Below, in pieces: positions 30,944-41,142 of a stretch of DNA of 64,000 bases. Source of the stretch: an uncultured Aliarcobacter sp. (lineage in GTDB: Bacteria; Campylobacterota; Campylobacteria; Campylobacterales; Arcobacteraceae); contig OY781945.1 of NCBI GenBank assembly GCA_963677435.1, forward strand, positions 2,304,001 through 2,368,000. Direction: 5' to 3'. Both the position numbers and the translations under genes were made by a program. Numbering within the stretch: position 1 is the first letter of the stretch; every line of letters starts with the position of its first letter. Under the pieces are notes generated by a model. The model made no database searches. It was not told the origin of the DNA and saw only the letters and a program-made list of their open reading frames with translations.

Positions 30944-32525
30944 ATTTAATTTTTTAATCTCATATTTTGATAGTTTAGATTTTAAATATAAAACATCTTT
31001 CTTAGTTTTTATAATTGCTGGTGGAATGATTTGTATTATTATTTTATCTCAAATATCTATTTTTACAATGAAACATGATTTTGATATTTTATTTGAAAAA
31101 AGAACGAAAAGTTTGATGCAACTTGAACATATAAAAGACTCCTACAAAGTAAATATTCAAGATACATTATTTGATTTTGAAAGAAAACAAATTACTTATC
31201 AACAAAGTACAGAAATTTTACAATTAGCCCAAGAAATAATAGATAGAAACTGGTCTTTATACAAAGAACAAATTAAACTAAAAAACAAAGAATTTTTAAC
31301 AATATTCATAAAAACATTTATTATAAATGAAGAGAATTATTATGAAAATAAAGCTTTAAAACAGTCGATTATGGAAAATATTAATAAAAAAAGAGAAGTA
31401 ATAAAAAATGAAATTGATTCTATCAAATTAATAAACTCAGATGATTATTTTGCAAATATGAATCTTGAAATAAATGCAATTTCTATCTACCTTACAAGTT
31501 TGATTAATTATGATTTATCCCTTGCAATAAATGAAAAAAGAAATACTGATAAGATTTTTAATATTATTTTTATTTTTTCTATAATCTCTATTTTTATAGT
31601 ATTTTTGTTTTCAGTAATTTTATCTTTATTTATAATTAATAACTTTAAAAAATTACACAACTCTTTGGAGCAAAAAGTAAGTGAAAAAACCAAAGAACTT
31701 CAAGAGATAAACAATTATCTTGAGATAAAAATTTCTAAAGAAGTTGTACAAAACAGAAAAAAAGATATTATAATGTTTCAACAAGCAAGGTTTGCAAGTC
31801 TTGGAGAAATGCTAAATAATATTGCCCATCAATGGAGACAACCACTTGGTGCAATTACTATGATAATTCAAAGTTTTCAAACAAAAATGCCATTGGGGAA
31901 ATTAACACCTGCTTTTGTAGATGAGAAAGTAAATGATGCTTTACTTTTGGCAAATAATATGTCAAACACACTAGATGACTTCAAAAACTTCTTTTCACCA
32001 AATAAAATAAAAAGTAGATTTAGTATTAAAAATTGTATTGAGCACTCTATTGAATTATCAAAATATTTATTACTTCAAGAGAGTATTGAACTAAAAGTAA
32101 AAATCAGAAAAGATGTAGAAATAGATACTTATTACAATGAATTATCTCATGTATTTTTAAATATTATTTCAAATTCAAAAGATGCTTTATGTTCTAATGT
32201 TGACAAAAATGATAGAATAATCAAAATTATTGTAAATGAATATAAAAATTATCTCGTAGTAAATATGATTGATAATGGAGGTGGAATTCCTGAAGATATT
32301 TTGCCAAAGATTTTTGAGCCTTATTACACTACAAAATATAAAAGTGCTGGAACAGGTATAGGACTTTATATGTCAAAACAGATAATTGAAAAACATATGA
32401 ATGGGTCAATATTTTGTAAAAATATATCCCACAAAATGAAAAATGACAAAGCATTTAATTGCACATTATTCACAATTAGAATACCAATACAAGATGAAAG
32501 TAGTGAGAATACAAATGACAAATAA
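30933..32525 (+). CDS. Membrane sensor histidine kinase
   Basis: Two TM helices around a helical periplasmic domain; IAHQWRQPL, DNGGGI, GTGIGLY. Confidence 0.92.
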   Translation: MKNKFNFLISYFDSLDFKYKTSFLVFIIAGGMICIIILSQISIFTMKHDFDILFEKRTKSLMQLEHIKDSYKVNIQDTLFDFERKQITYQQSTEILQLAQEIIDRNWSLYKEQIKLKNKEFLTIFIKTFIINEENYYENKALKQSIMENINKKREVIKNEIDSIKLINSDDYFANMNLEINAISIYLTSLINYDLSLAINEKRNTDKIFNIIFIFSIISIFIVFLFSVILSLFIINNFKKLHNSLEQKVSEKTKELQEINNYLEIKISKEVVQNRKKDIIMFQQARFASLGEMLNNIAHQWRQPLGAITMIIQSFQTKMPLGKLTPAFVDEKVNDALLLANNMSNTLDDFKNFFSPNKIKSRFSIKNCIEHSIELSKYLLLQESIELKVKIRKDVEIDTYYNELSHVFLNIISNSKDALCSNVDKNDRIIKIIVNEYKNYLVVNMIDNGGGIPEDILPKIFEPYYTTKYKSAGTGIGLYMSKQIIEKHMNGSIFCKNISHKMKNDKAFNCTLFTIRIPIQDESSENTNDK

Positions 32526-33177
32526 TGATTTAAATATATTACATAATTTTAGTGTTTTATATCTTGAAGATGATGAAAATTTATTAAAACATACAAGAGA
32601 TATTTTAGAAGATTTTGTAAATAATATTTATGCTGTAAAAACTTCTAAAGAGGCCTTAGATATTTTATTACACAAAAAAATAGATGTTATTATTTGTGAT
32701 ATTTTATTAAAAGATGAAAATGGAATTGATTTTTTAAAACATATTAAAAGCAAAAATATAAATACTCCAATAATTTTAACAACTGCCCATACAGATACAC
32801 AATACTTACTGGATGCAATAAAACTAAAGGTAGAAAACTATATAGTAAAACCCATAAATATAAAAGAATTACTTAATAGTTTACATGATATTTTTCTTCC
32901 TATTGTTCAAAAAAAAGAGATTCAAAAAAACAATAATGTAATTAAAACAATCTCAGCAATATCAGATGGTAAACAAGTTGAAATAGTAAAACATATTATA
33001 AATAATTTAGACAATGAAAACCTTTTCACAGCTTCGTATACAGATATAATGGATAACTTTTCAATCTCAAAACCAACTCTTATAAAACTTTTTAAAGATT
33101 TGGCAGAAAAAAATATTCTTGTAAAAATACAACATAAAACTTATAGATTTAATGAAAGTGCTTTGGAGAATTTATAA
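32515..33177 (+). CDS. Response regulator with a short C-terminal winged-helix domain
   Basis: LYLEDD, ICDI, LTTA, YIVKP; SYTDIMDNFSISKPTLIKLFKDL HTH; ATG 32515 overlaps the kinase 3' end. Confidence 0.88.
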   Translation: MTNNDLNILHNFSVLYLEDDENLLKHTRDILEDFVNNIYAVKTSKEALDILLHKKIDVIICDILLKDENGIDFLKHIKSKNINTPIILTTAHTDTQYLLDAIKLKVENYIVKPINIKELLNSLHDIFLPIVQKKEIQKNNNVIKTISAISDGKQVEIVKHIINNLDNENLFTASYTDIMDNFSISKPTLIKLFKDLAEKNILVKIQHKTYRFNESALENL

Positions 33178-33254
33178 ATCAGAAATGTTTAATATTACCA
33201 TTAAATATGAATTTTAATTTTTCTGAAAATAAAAGAATTAATTAGAAAATAAAT

Positions 33255-33698
33255 CTAATCTAAGATTTCCAAAATTTCTTTTATTTTTGAGATATTTAAC
33301 TCATTAAATTTATCTTTTTTATTCTCTTCAAAATAAGTTTCATTTAACTCCAATAAGTTTCCTAGTTCCTCTCTTAGGATAAACTCTTTTTCACTTACAA
33401 TTCTATGTTTGAAAGTCTCTTTTAAATCAAAATCTACAGTTGATTGAATATCTATTAAAAAATTTAAACTATAGTGAACTTCTCTTTGATCAATATAAGA
33501 TTTTGAAGCCACAAGATAAGCTGCATTAAAAAATACATCATCCATTTCTCTTGAGGTATATGTCATTTTAATTAGACCTTTTGCATTCTCTATCAAATCA
33601 TTTTTAGAATAATTTTCTCCTAATTTTGTTAGTATCTCCAAAACTTTATCAAAATCAAAATCATTTATTAATTTTTTTTGTATCTCTTCTAAATTCAC
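33255..33698 (-). CDS. Hypothetical protein
   Basis: 147-aa ORF with GTG start and purine-rich RBS; no family recognised. Confidence 0.7.
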   Translation of the reverse strand: MNLEEIQKKLINDFDFDKVLEILTKLGENYSKNDLIENAKGLIKMTYTSREMDDVFFNAAYLVASKSYIDQREVHYSLNFLIDIQSTVDFDLKETFKHRIVSEKEFILREELGNLLELNETYFEENKKDKFNELNISKIKEILEILD

Positions 33699-33729
33699 TC
33701 TCTTTTACCTTTTTTTATATTTGTAAAAT

Positions 33730-33750
33730 AAAGGGAGTAAAACTCCCTTT
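33730..33750 (-). terminator. Probable intrinsic terminator of the RND operon
   Basis: AAAGGGAGT-AAA-ACTCCCTTT hairpin with a U-rich tail on the minus strand. Confidence 0.6.
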
Positions 33751-33758
33751 AAATCAAA

Positions 33759-36700
33759 TTATTTAACTAAGCCTTTTTCATACCATTTTCTCAACCATGC
33801 ATCAAATGGATACATGAATTTATAAATAGCGGGAACAACAAGAAGAGTTAAAATAGTTGAACTTATAAGTCCACCAATAATTGCTAATGCCATTGGTGCA
33901 TTTCCTTCATGTCCAGCTCCACCACCAAAGGCAAGAGGAATCATGGCTCCTATCATTGCAAAAGTAGTCATTAAAATAGGTCTTAATCTTTTTTCTCCAG
34001 CTTCCAAAAGTGCATCATCAATACTTTTTCCATCTTTGATAGCACGATTTGCAAAGTCAACAACTAAAATTGCATTTTTCCCAACCATTCCTAAAAGTAA
34101 AATAATTCCAATCATAACAAATAAACTAAATGAATTGCCTGTTGTATAAAGTGCAACCATAACTCCTGTAAAAGAAAGAGGCATAGAAACCATAATAATA
34201 AATGGTTGTATTACTGATTCATATAGAGCTGCTAAAATAAGATAAATCAAAATTACAGCTAAAAGAACAGCTCCAGCAAAAGCTTTACTTGTATCTTGCA
34301 TATTTTCTACATCTCCTGTAAATCTATAGTTATATCCTTTTGGAAGAATTTCTGGCATCTTAGAGTTAATAACAGTAACAATTTTATCAAGAGAAGTATT
34401 AAATGTATTTGCAGTTACAAGAACTTTTCTTTCCCTATCAAATCTATTAATTGAAGCATTTCCGAAACTCTGTTTTATATCTATTAATCCCTCAAGTGCA
34501 ACAAATTGTCCATTTGAGTTACGAACTTGTAATTTTTTTAAATCATCCAAAGAACTTCTAAAGCTATCTTTTAATCTTACTGTTATATCAAATTGTCTTC
34601 CATTATCTTCATAATAAGAAACGGCTGTATCGCTTGAATAAGCTGAACTTAGAATAGACGCTATATCTTCAACACTAACTCCCACTCTTTGAGCATTTTC
34701 TCTTAAAATACCAATTTTAATTTCAGGTTTTCCATTTTCATAATCCCTATCTACATCAACAATTCCATTAGTTTGTTTTAATATTTCCATTAGTTTTGAT
34801 GATACAGTATCAAGTTCTTCTAACTTATCCCCCGTAATAACTACTTGAACAGGAGAAGTAGAATCACCCGTGTTAAAATCATCAACTTTATCAACAGATA
34901 TTGTCATTCCTTTTATTGATGAAAATTTTTCTCTATAATATTGAATAATTGTTTCTTGAGTTTTTTCTCTTTCTTCTACTTTTTTAAGTTTTACATAAAT
35001 TCTTCCTTTATGTATCTCTTTTGCAGAGTTATAACCGATTGATGAAATTGAATACAATATATCTTTATCATCTTTAATCTTATCACCAAAAGAAGCCATA
35101 AGCTCTTTCATTGTTTCTAGATTTATTCCAATAGGTGCTTTTATTGAAATTTGAAACTCTGCATTATCTTGCATTGGTAAAAATGACATTCCCACTTTTA
35201 ATGTTGTTGATGCCACAAGTAAACTAATTGTTACAATAATTGTTAAAGTTTTATAACGAATCAAAGGCTTAAGTATTGCTATATAAGCCCTATCAATAGC
35301 TTTAAATATTGGTTCTGTTGCATGATAAAAACGACTCTCTTTTGCATTTAAAATTCTGGCTGCCATACTTGGGATAAACATAATAGCTACTAAATAAGAA
35401 ATAACAATACCAGATGCAACTGTCATAGCAAAAGAGTTGAAAAACATTCCAACAATACCATCCATAAAAGCAACTGGTATAAAAACTGCTAATAACACAG
35501 AAGAGATTGCTAAAACAGAAAAAGCAACTTCTTTTGCACCCTCAAATGAAGCTTGAAATGGAGGCATACCCTCTTCCATTTTTTTCATTATATTTTCAAT
35601 AACAACAATGGCATCATCAATAAATATCCCTATTGCAAGGGTAAGTCCAATTAAAGTTAAACGATTTAAGTCATATCCTAAATAGTTGATAATCGCAAAA
35701 GTTCCAATAACAGAAGTTGGAATTGCTAAAGCTGATACAATAGTTGCTGTAACATTTCGTAAAAAAAGAAATACTATGATGATAGCTAGAAATGCTCCGA
35801 AAATAAGGTCAAATTGTACATTGTCAATATTAACCATAATTTTTTCAGATTGATCTTCTAATATTTTTATTTCAGTATTTTCACCTGCTAGTATTTGAAG
35901 TTTTGGAAGTACTTTTTTAACCGCTGTAATAATATTTAATACATTTTCACCTGCTATTTTTTTTACTTCTAATGTTACACCTTGTTGTCCATTAAAAGAA
36001 GAAAAACTTTTTGGATCACTTAATCCATCTTTAATTGTTGCAATATCTTTTAATTTAATTCCTGGTTTCACTAAAATATTACCAACTTCTTCAATACTTT
36101 GAGCATCACCTTGGGCTTTGATAATAATTTCTTGGTCTTTATTAATAAGTTTTCCAACACCTTCTTTTATATTTTGTTTTTTTATAATACTACTAACATC
36201 AGCAGAAGTTAGATTATATTTATTAAGTAAAAAAGGATCAATAAAAATACGAATTTCTCTGTCTTGGTATCCTAAGATATTAACTTCTCCTACTCCTTTA
36301 ATTCTTTGTAATTGAGGTTTAAGTTTTTCATCTGCAAGTCTCATTAAAGCGATTGTATCTTTTCCTCCTGAAGCGATAAAAAGACTAATAACTCCTCCTG
36401 TTGCACCTAATTTTTTAACAATTGGTTTATCAACTTCTAGGGGTAAATCTATTGCACCAATTTTATCACGAACATCGTTTGTTGCTTCATCTAGATCTTT
36501 TGTAAGTTTAAATTGAATTGTTACAGAACTAAAACCTTCATAACTTGTTGACATTAGTTTATCAATTCCATCTACACCAGAAACTGCTTCTTCTATTTTA
36601 TCTGTTACTTTTGTTTCAACTGTAGATGGATCTGCACCATTATAAGTTGTTTGAACAGTAACAATTGGGAAATCCACATTAGGAAAAAGGTTAGTTGGCA

Positions 36701-36788
36701 TTGTGTTATATGACATTAATCCAAAAACTATAAATGTCAAAACACCCATCAAAGTTGTGATTGGGCGATTAATAGCAAATTTATACAT
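33759..36788 (-). CDS. RND efflux transporter permease (AcrB/AcrD/AcrF family)
   Basis: FPNVDFP, GIFIDDAIVVIEN, KNAILVVDFA, RLRPILMTT. Confidence 0.95.
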   Translation of the reverse strand: MYKFAINRPITTLMGVLTFIVFGLMSYNTMPTNLFPNVDFPIVTVQTTYNGADPSTVETKVTDKIEEAVSGVDGIDKLMSTSYEGFSSVTIQFKLTKDLDEATNDVRDKIGAIDLPLEVDKPIVKKLGATGGVISLFIASGGKDTIALMRLADEKLKPQLQRIKGVGEVNILGYQDREIRIFIDPFLLNKYNLTSADVSSIIKKQNIKEGVGKLINKDQEIIIKAQGDAQSIEEVGNILVKPGIKLKDIATIKDGLSDPKSFSSFNGQQGVTLEVKKIAGENVLNIITAVKKVLPKLQILAGENTEIKILEDQSEKIMVNIDNVQFDLIFGAFLAIIIVFLFLRNVTATIVSALAIPTSVIGTFAIINYLGYDLNRLTLIGLTLAIGIFIDDAIVVIENIMKKMEEGMPPFQASFEGAKEVAFSVLAISSVLLAVFIPVAFMDGIVGMFFNSFAMTVASGIVISYLVAIMFIPSMAARILNAKESRFYHATEPIFKAIDRAYIAILKPLIRYKTLTIIVTISLLVASTTLKVGMSFLPMQDNAEFQISIKAPIGINLETMKELMASFGDKIKDDKDILYSISSIGYNSAKEIHKGRIYVKLKKVEEREKTQETIIQYYREKFSSIKGMTISVDKVDDFNTGDSTSPVQVVITGDKLEELDTVSSKLMEILKQTNGIVDVDRDYENGKPEIKIGILRENAQRVGVSVEDIASILSSAYSSDTAVSYYEDNGRQFDITVRLKDSFRSSLDDLKKLQVRNSNGQFVALEGLIDIKQSFGNASINRFDRERKVLVTANTFNTSLDKIVTVINSKMPEILPKGYNYRFTGDVENMQDTSKAFAGAVLLAVILIYLILAALYESVIQPFIIMVSMPLSFTGVMVALYTTGNSFSLFVMIGIILLLGMVGKNAILVVDFANRAIKDGKSIDDALLEAGEKRLRPILMTTFAMIGAMIPLAFGGGAGHEGNAPMALAIIGGLISSTILTLLVVPAIYKFMYPFDAWLRKWYEKGLVK

Positions 36789-36791
36789 AAT

Positions 36792-37490
36792 TTACTCTAC
36801 CTTTACAGTGCCATTACCAAAAAGTCCTGGCATAAGATTTTTAGCTTTTACTTCAGCTTCCATTTGTCTTGTTTCATTTAAAATTTTTGGATAAATTTTA
36901 GTGATTTTTCCTTCATATATTTCATCACTTCCATCAACTTTATATACAAATTTTTGTCCAATTTTAACTTTTTGCCAATATTTCTCATCAAATTTCAATA
37001 CAAGTTTTACATCATCTAAAGATATAACATCTAAAAGATTTGTTTGAGAAGCTAATACAATAGCACCTAAATCTATATTTTTTTTAGTTACAATTAAATC
37101 ATATGGCGCTCTTAATTCAGTTTTTCTCAGAATTATCTCTTTATTTTGTGCATTTAATTGAGTAACATCTTTATCATAAATGTAATTATCCATCTTTTCT
37201 TTATCTATAACATCAGATATTTTTGCATATCTTTCATAAGTTTTATAAGAGTGTTCTGCTTGTTTTTTTGCAGTTTCGTATTCATTTTTTTCTTGTGAAT
37301 TATTTAAAGAAAGTAGTAAAGTTCCTTTTGTAATCTTATCTCCAACATTTACATTTAATGTTGAAACAATTCCAGATGTTGATAGCCCAAGTTGTGATTC
37401 TTTTTCACTAACAACATCAAATGTTGCATAAATTTCTTCTGCAAATAAGGCTTGAAACATAAATAATATAAGTATAAAAATCTTTTTCAT
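36792..37490 (-). CDS. RND periplasmic adaptor subunit
   Basis: SGIVSTLNVNVGDKITKG, LRAPYD, LMPGLFG; operon context. Confidence 0.9.
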   Translation of the reverse strand: MKKIFILILFMFQALFAEEIYATFDVVSEKESQLGLSTSGIVSTLNVNVGDKITKGTLLLSLNNSQEKNEYETAKKQAEHSYKTYERYAKISDVIDKEKMDNYIYDKDVTQLNAQNKEIILRKTELRAPYDLIVTKKNIDLGAIVLASQTNLLDVISLDDVKLVLKFDEKYWQKVKIGQKFVYKVDGSDEIYEGKITKIYPKILNETRQMEAEVKAKNLMPGLFGNGTVKVE

Positions 37491-38710
37491 TGAATAGCTC
37501 CTTTAATATTTTCACCCATTTCATAAAGCAATACTGCTTTTTGATATTCAACTTCATTTAGGGCTGTTTGAAGTTGAGAATTTGAATTAAATTTATCACT
37601 AAGTGCATCAAGATAACTAACATTATCCACAATACCTTGTTGGAATTTCTTTTTAATTAATTCATAAGTCATTTCTGAAGCTTGAAGTTGTGCTCTTGCT
37701 GCTTCAATTTTTGCTAAGGAAGTTTTGTAGCTATTTTGTGCACTTTTTAAACTAGCTTTTGCTTTTTGTTTTTCATAAGCTAAGTCACTATTTTTAGATA
37801 AATAGTTTAAATATGCAGCTTGGGCATTAGCATTTGTAGAACCAAAATCAAAAATTTTCCATTCTATTGATAATTGAACACTATTTTGTTGATCCAAACT
37901 ATCTGTTGCAAGTGGATAATCAAAATCATATTTAGAATATGTATCTTGAAGTGTAATTGTTGGCTTATTTGGTGCTTTTGCAATTTTTATTTCTGCTTTA
38001 TTACTTTGTACACTCTCTTCAAGAGCTAATATATCAAGACGTTTTCCTTCTTCTATATTTGAATCTTTATAAACAATTGAAGAACCTTTTTCTACAGAAA
38101 CTTCTGTTCCTGTTAAATACTCCAAAGTATTAGAAATATTGTTTAATGAGTTATCTAATGTTAGTAAATCAACTTTTGTTTGCTCAAGAGATGAGACAAT
38201 TTTTTGTAATTCATCAGCAGTAATCGTACCAACTGATAAAAACTTTTCTAAACGATAACGCTCAGATTCAAGTTGTTCCATCTTTTTTAAAGTTGATTCT
38301 TTACTAGCAAGTGTACTTAAATAGTTATAGTAGTTATAAATAACATCTAATGAAATATTATTTTGAACAGAAGCTAAAGTAAAAGTTGCAGATTTGATAA
38401 GTGCTTGTTGTTGATCAAAAGATGCTTCTCTTTTTCCTCCATCATAAATAGTAAATGAAAGTGTCGCTGATCCTGTAGTACTTTTATCTGGTGACGAGAC
38501 ATTACTATCTTTATTAAAAGTTTGATTTGCGCCTAAAGTTAGATTTGGCATATATCCACTTTTTGTAGCGTACTCTTTTTCTTTTGTTGATTCTAAACTA
38601 TAACGAGAAGATTCTACTTGTTTATTTTGTTCTGCTAAATTTAAAAGTTCATTTAAATTTCCAGCAAATGTAAACAGAGGGAAAAGAGATAAAAATAGAA
38701 ATTTTTTCAT
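37487..38710 (-). CDS. TolC family outer-membrane factor
   Basis: Signal peptide, YMPNLTL, IYDGG, WKIFDFG; ATGA overlaps at both ends. Confidence 0.9.
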   Translation of the reverse strand: MKKFLFLSLFPLFTFAGNLNELLNLAEQNKQVESSRYSLESTKEKEYATKSGYMPNLTLGANQTFNKDSNVSSPDKSTTGSATLSFTIYDGGKREASFDQQQALIKSATFTLASVQNNISLDVIYNYYNYLSTLASKESTLKKMEQLESERYRLEKFLSVGTITADELQKIVSSLEQTKVDLLTLDNSLNNISNTLEYLTGTEVSVEKGSSIVYKDSNIEEGKRLDILALEESVQSNKAEIKIAKAPNKPTITLQDTYSKYDFDYPLATDSLDQQNSVQLSIEWKIFDFGSTNANAQAAYLNYLSKNSDLAYEKQKAKASLKSAQNSYKTSLAKIEAARAQLQASEMTYELIKKKFQQGIVDNVSYLDALSDKFNSNSQLQTALNEVEYQKAVLLYEMGENIKGAIQ

Positions 38711-39321
38711 AATATTTTCCTTGTACATTGGTCTAATAAATAAGTTATATGTTTAGTTAGAATTAGTTGAGCTTCATCAAAAGCCATATTTGATGCTTTT
38801 GATTTAATTAATCCACCTTTTAAAAGTAGAATAATGCTGTTTGCTAGCATATCAACATCATCAATAACAAATTCACCTTTTTCTATACCTTCATAAAAAC
38901 AACTCGTAATAAAGTCATAATCTTTTTGAAAAAAACTCTCAAAATAAGCTGTATAAAGTGAAGTTTTGTCAATGAGCATTGAACTTATAAAATGTTGAAA
39001 AAGAATAAGTGTTTGTTCTTTATCAATGTTTTCTTGACATTCACTAAAATTGTAATATTCCAAAATTTTTTCTTTTGAGCTCATATTTAGATTAATTCGT
39101 TTATTAAAAATTTCTTCATGCTGCTGAGTTAAAATATCCCAAATTGTAAAAACAATCTCTTCTTTATTTTTAAAATAAAGATATATTGTTCCTTTAGCAA
39201 CTCCTGCACTTTGTGCAATTTCAGCAATGCTTGTCTGCTGAATTCCTTTATCACAAAAAAGTTTTATTGCAGATAGTGCTATGTCACATCTTTTTTCATC
39301 TTTATCTATAATTCTTGCCAT
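38707..39321 (-). CDS. TetR/AcrR family repressor
   Basis: TSIAEIAQSAGVAKGTIYLYFKNKEE. Confidence 0.94.
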   Translation of the reverse strand: MARIIDKDEKRCDIALSAIKLFCDKGIQQTSIAEIAQSAGVAKGTIYLYFKNKEEIVFTIWDILTQQHEEIFNKRINLNMSSKEKILEYYNFSECQENIDKEQTLILFQHFISSMLIDKTSLYTAYFESFFQKDYDFITSCFYEGIEKGEFVIDDVDMLANSIILLLKGGLIKSKASNMAFDEAQLILTKHITYLLDQCTRKIL

Positions 39322-39329
39322 AAAATGCC

Positions 39330-39392
39330 TTTCATAAATGAATGACCGTCAGTCATTTATGAAATAATATAATTTTTATTTTATATTGTCAA
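39330..39392 (-). promoter_or_regulatory. TTGACA-N17-TATTAT promoter with an adjacent palindromic TetR operator
   Basis: -35 at 39387-39392 and -10 at 39364-39369; TTTCATAAATGA...TCATTTATGAAA arms (39330-39364) enclosing AATGAC-N5-GTCATT. Confidence 0.75.
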
Positions 39393-39425
39393 GTAAATCT
39401 AAATAATTTAGCCAAAAAAAAATAT

Positions 39426-39713
39426 TTATTTTTTTGTAGTTGTAGAAAGTTCAACACCTTCATAAGAGGTTGTTTTTATTGCATTTAAGATATCTTGTAT
39501 TTTTACTTTTTCATCATAAATTATAGTTGCTTCTTTTGTGTTCAATTTAACACTAACATTTTCAATTCCATCTAACTGTTTTATCGCTTTTTTTACAGCA
39601 ATTGTACATAAAGGACAATGCATTGCTTCAATTTTTATCACTGAAATTGTAGAAGCTTTTAGAAAACTTATACTTATTAAAAATATAAATAGATATTTGA
39701 ATAATTTTGACAA
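39426..39713 (-). CDS. Exported heavy-metal-associated (MerP-like) protein
   Basis: Signal peptide plus MHCPLC metal-binding motif. Confidence 0.85.
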   Translation of the reverse strand: MSKLFKYLFIFLISISFLKASTISVIKIEAMHCPLCTIAVKKAIKQLDGIENVSVKLNTKEATIIYDEKVKIQDILNAIKTTSYEGVELSTTTKK

Positions 39714-39715
39714 GT

Positions 39716-40042
39716 TTACTCCATAAATAAAGGTAAGATTTCAGGATATAAAAGTAAAAGAGATAAAATCCAAAATATAATAATAAAAATAGCATAGGTT
39801 TTTATAAGACTTTTTTTATCACAGATACAAAATAGATTTCTCTTAAACTGAATGATTCCTAAAAGAAATAAAGCAATACTCAAAATTGCCATTGGAATTC
39901 TTAGATATTCAAAGGTAGTAAAAAAAGCCAGCAATGAACTATTTATCCCAAAAAAAATAAATACAAATGCTGGCAAACAACAAAGTGTTGAAAAAAGCGC
40001 CGCAAAAACGGCACTAATTAAACTAAGTGAATATTTTTTCAT
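39716..40042 (-). CDS. MerT-like three-TM metal transport protein
   Basis: STLCCLP vicinal Cys pair in TM1, CICD in a loop, LLYPE end. Confidence 0.78.
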   Translation of the reverse strand: MKKYSLSLISAVFAALFSTLCCLPAFVFIFFGINSSLLAFFTTFEYLRIPMAILSIALFLLGIIQFKRNLFCICDKKSLIKTYAIFIIIFWILSLLLLYPEILPLFME

Positions 40043-41133
40043 ATTCTTTCATTAGAAGTATAAGAGTATGAAAACTCTTTTGCATTATAATAATCAAGTG
40101 GATCTTCACCAATTTCTGCATAAGGATAACCTAGCATATTTAGTGGATATTGGCTTGGTTTTGGAGTTAAAACAAAATCTCTTGCACTATTAAATGCAAC
40201 CCAATTCATTTCCCATGAACCAAAGAAATATTTTTTAACATCTTTGATTTTTTGATCTTCATTTGTTAATTTTTCTGCAAGTCTTACTTTTGTAACATCA
40301 GCAGGATCTGCTGGAACCCAACCTAATCCATCAATATAAAACTCAGTTCTACAATGTTGTGCACCTGTAATATCTGCAAAACCATTTGCATCAGCTTTTC
40401 CACAAGCATTTGAAATTTTTGATTGCCCTACTCTAATACCAAAAACTTCCCTTGCTGGAATTCCAATATTTCTTAATAAACATACAAAAACAGAACTTAC
40501 ATCTGTACATTTTCCACCATAAATTTTTTCTTCAATAGATTTTTTTGCATCACCTATTCCACAACCAATTACACTATTATCTCTATACATAGTAGTAACC
40601 GTCCAGTCATAAATGGCTTGTACTTTTTCTAATGAAGTTTTTTTACCTTTAACAATATCTTGAGCAAATTTTTGTAAATTTGCTGTTATTGGAACATGGC
40701 TAGTACCTTTTAAATACACTTTTATATCTTCTGGATAATTCGTATTTGATGTTGCTTTTGAAAAATCTGTTGTTCTTTGTTGCATAATTACATCAAATGA
40801 AACTTCTAATTCTCTATTTTTATCACCTTTATTCCATTTTACATATAAAACTCTTGTATCATAATCATTTTTTACAACTTTTGCTTCATCAAAGTTACCT
40901 TTGTAAGAAAAATCTACAACTTTATGATAACTTTCATCTTTTGGTAGTGGAATCCATAATTGAGCAATTTCTTGGCTAGGTTTAATATTGAAATTGTTTT
41001 TAATAGAGAATTTTCTTGGTTTATCTGTAATTCCAAATGGATTTTTTTCATCATTAGCAAAAATAAAATTTGGAGTTAATAAAGCAGCAGATGAAAGGAT
41101 TGCTGAGCCTTTTAAAAATGTTCTTCTTTGCAT
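40039..41133 (-). CDS. Tat-exported transglutaminase-like protein
   Basis: MQRRTFLK Tat signal; putative triad GGKCTD / QHCRTEFY / WVPADP; ATG 41133 with AGAGG RBS. Confidence 0.85.
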   Translation of the reverse strand: MQRRTFLKGSAILSSAALLTPNFIFANDEKNPFGITDKPRKFSIKNNFNIKPSQEIAQLWIPLPKDESYHKVVDFSYKGNFDEAKVVKNDYDTRVLYVKWNKGDKNRELEVSFDVIMQQRTTDFSKATSNTNYPEDIKVYLKGTSHVPITANLQKFAQDIVKGKKTSLEKVQAIYDWTVTTMYRDNSVIGCGIGDAKKSIEEKIYGGKCTDVSSVFVCLLRNIGIPAREVFGIRVGQSKISNACGKADANGFADITGAQHCRTEFYIDGLGWVPADPADVTKVRLAEKLTNEDQKIKDVKKYFFGSWEMNWVAFNSARDFVLTPKPSQYPLNMLGYPYAEIGEDPLDYYNAKEFSYSYTSNERI

Positions 41134-41142
41134 TGGAGTCAA

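Noticed and set aside
39426..40042. Mercury-resistance (mer) operon or transposon
   Set aside because: No merA, merR, transposase or terminal repeats in the window.
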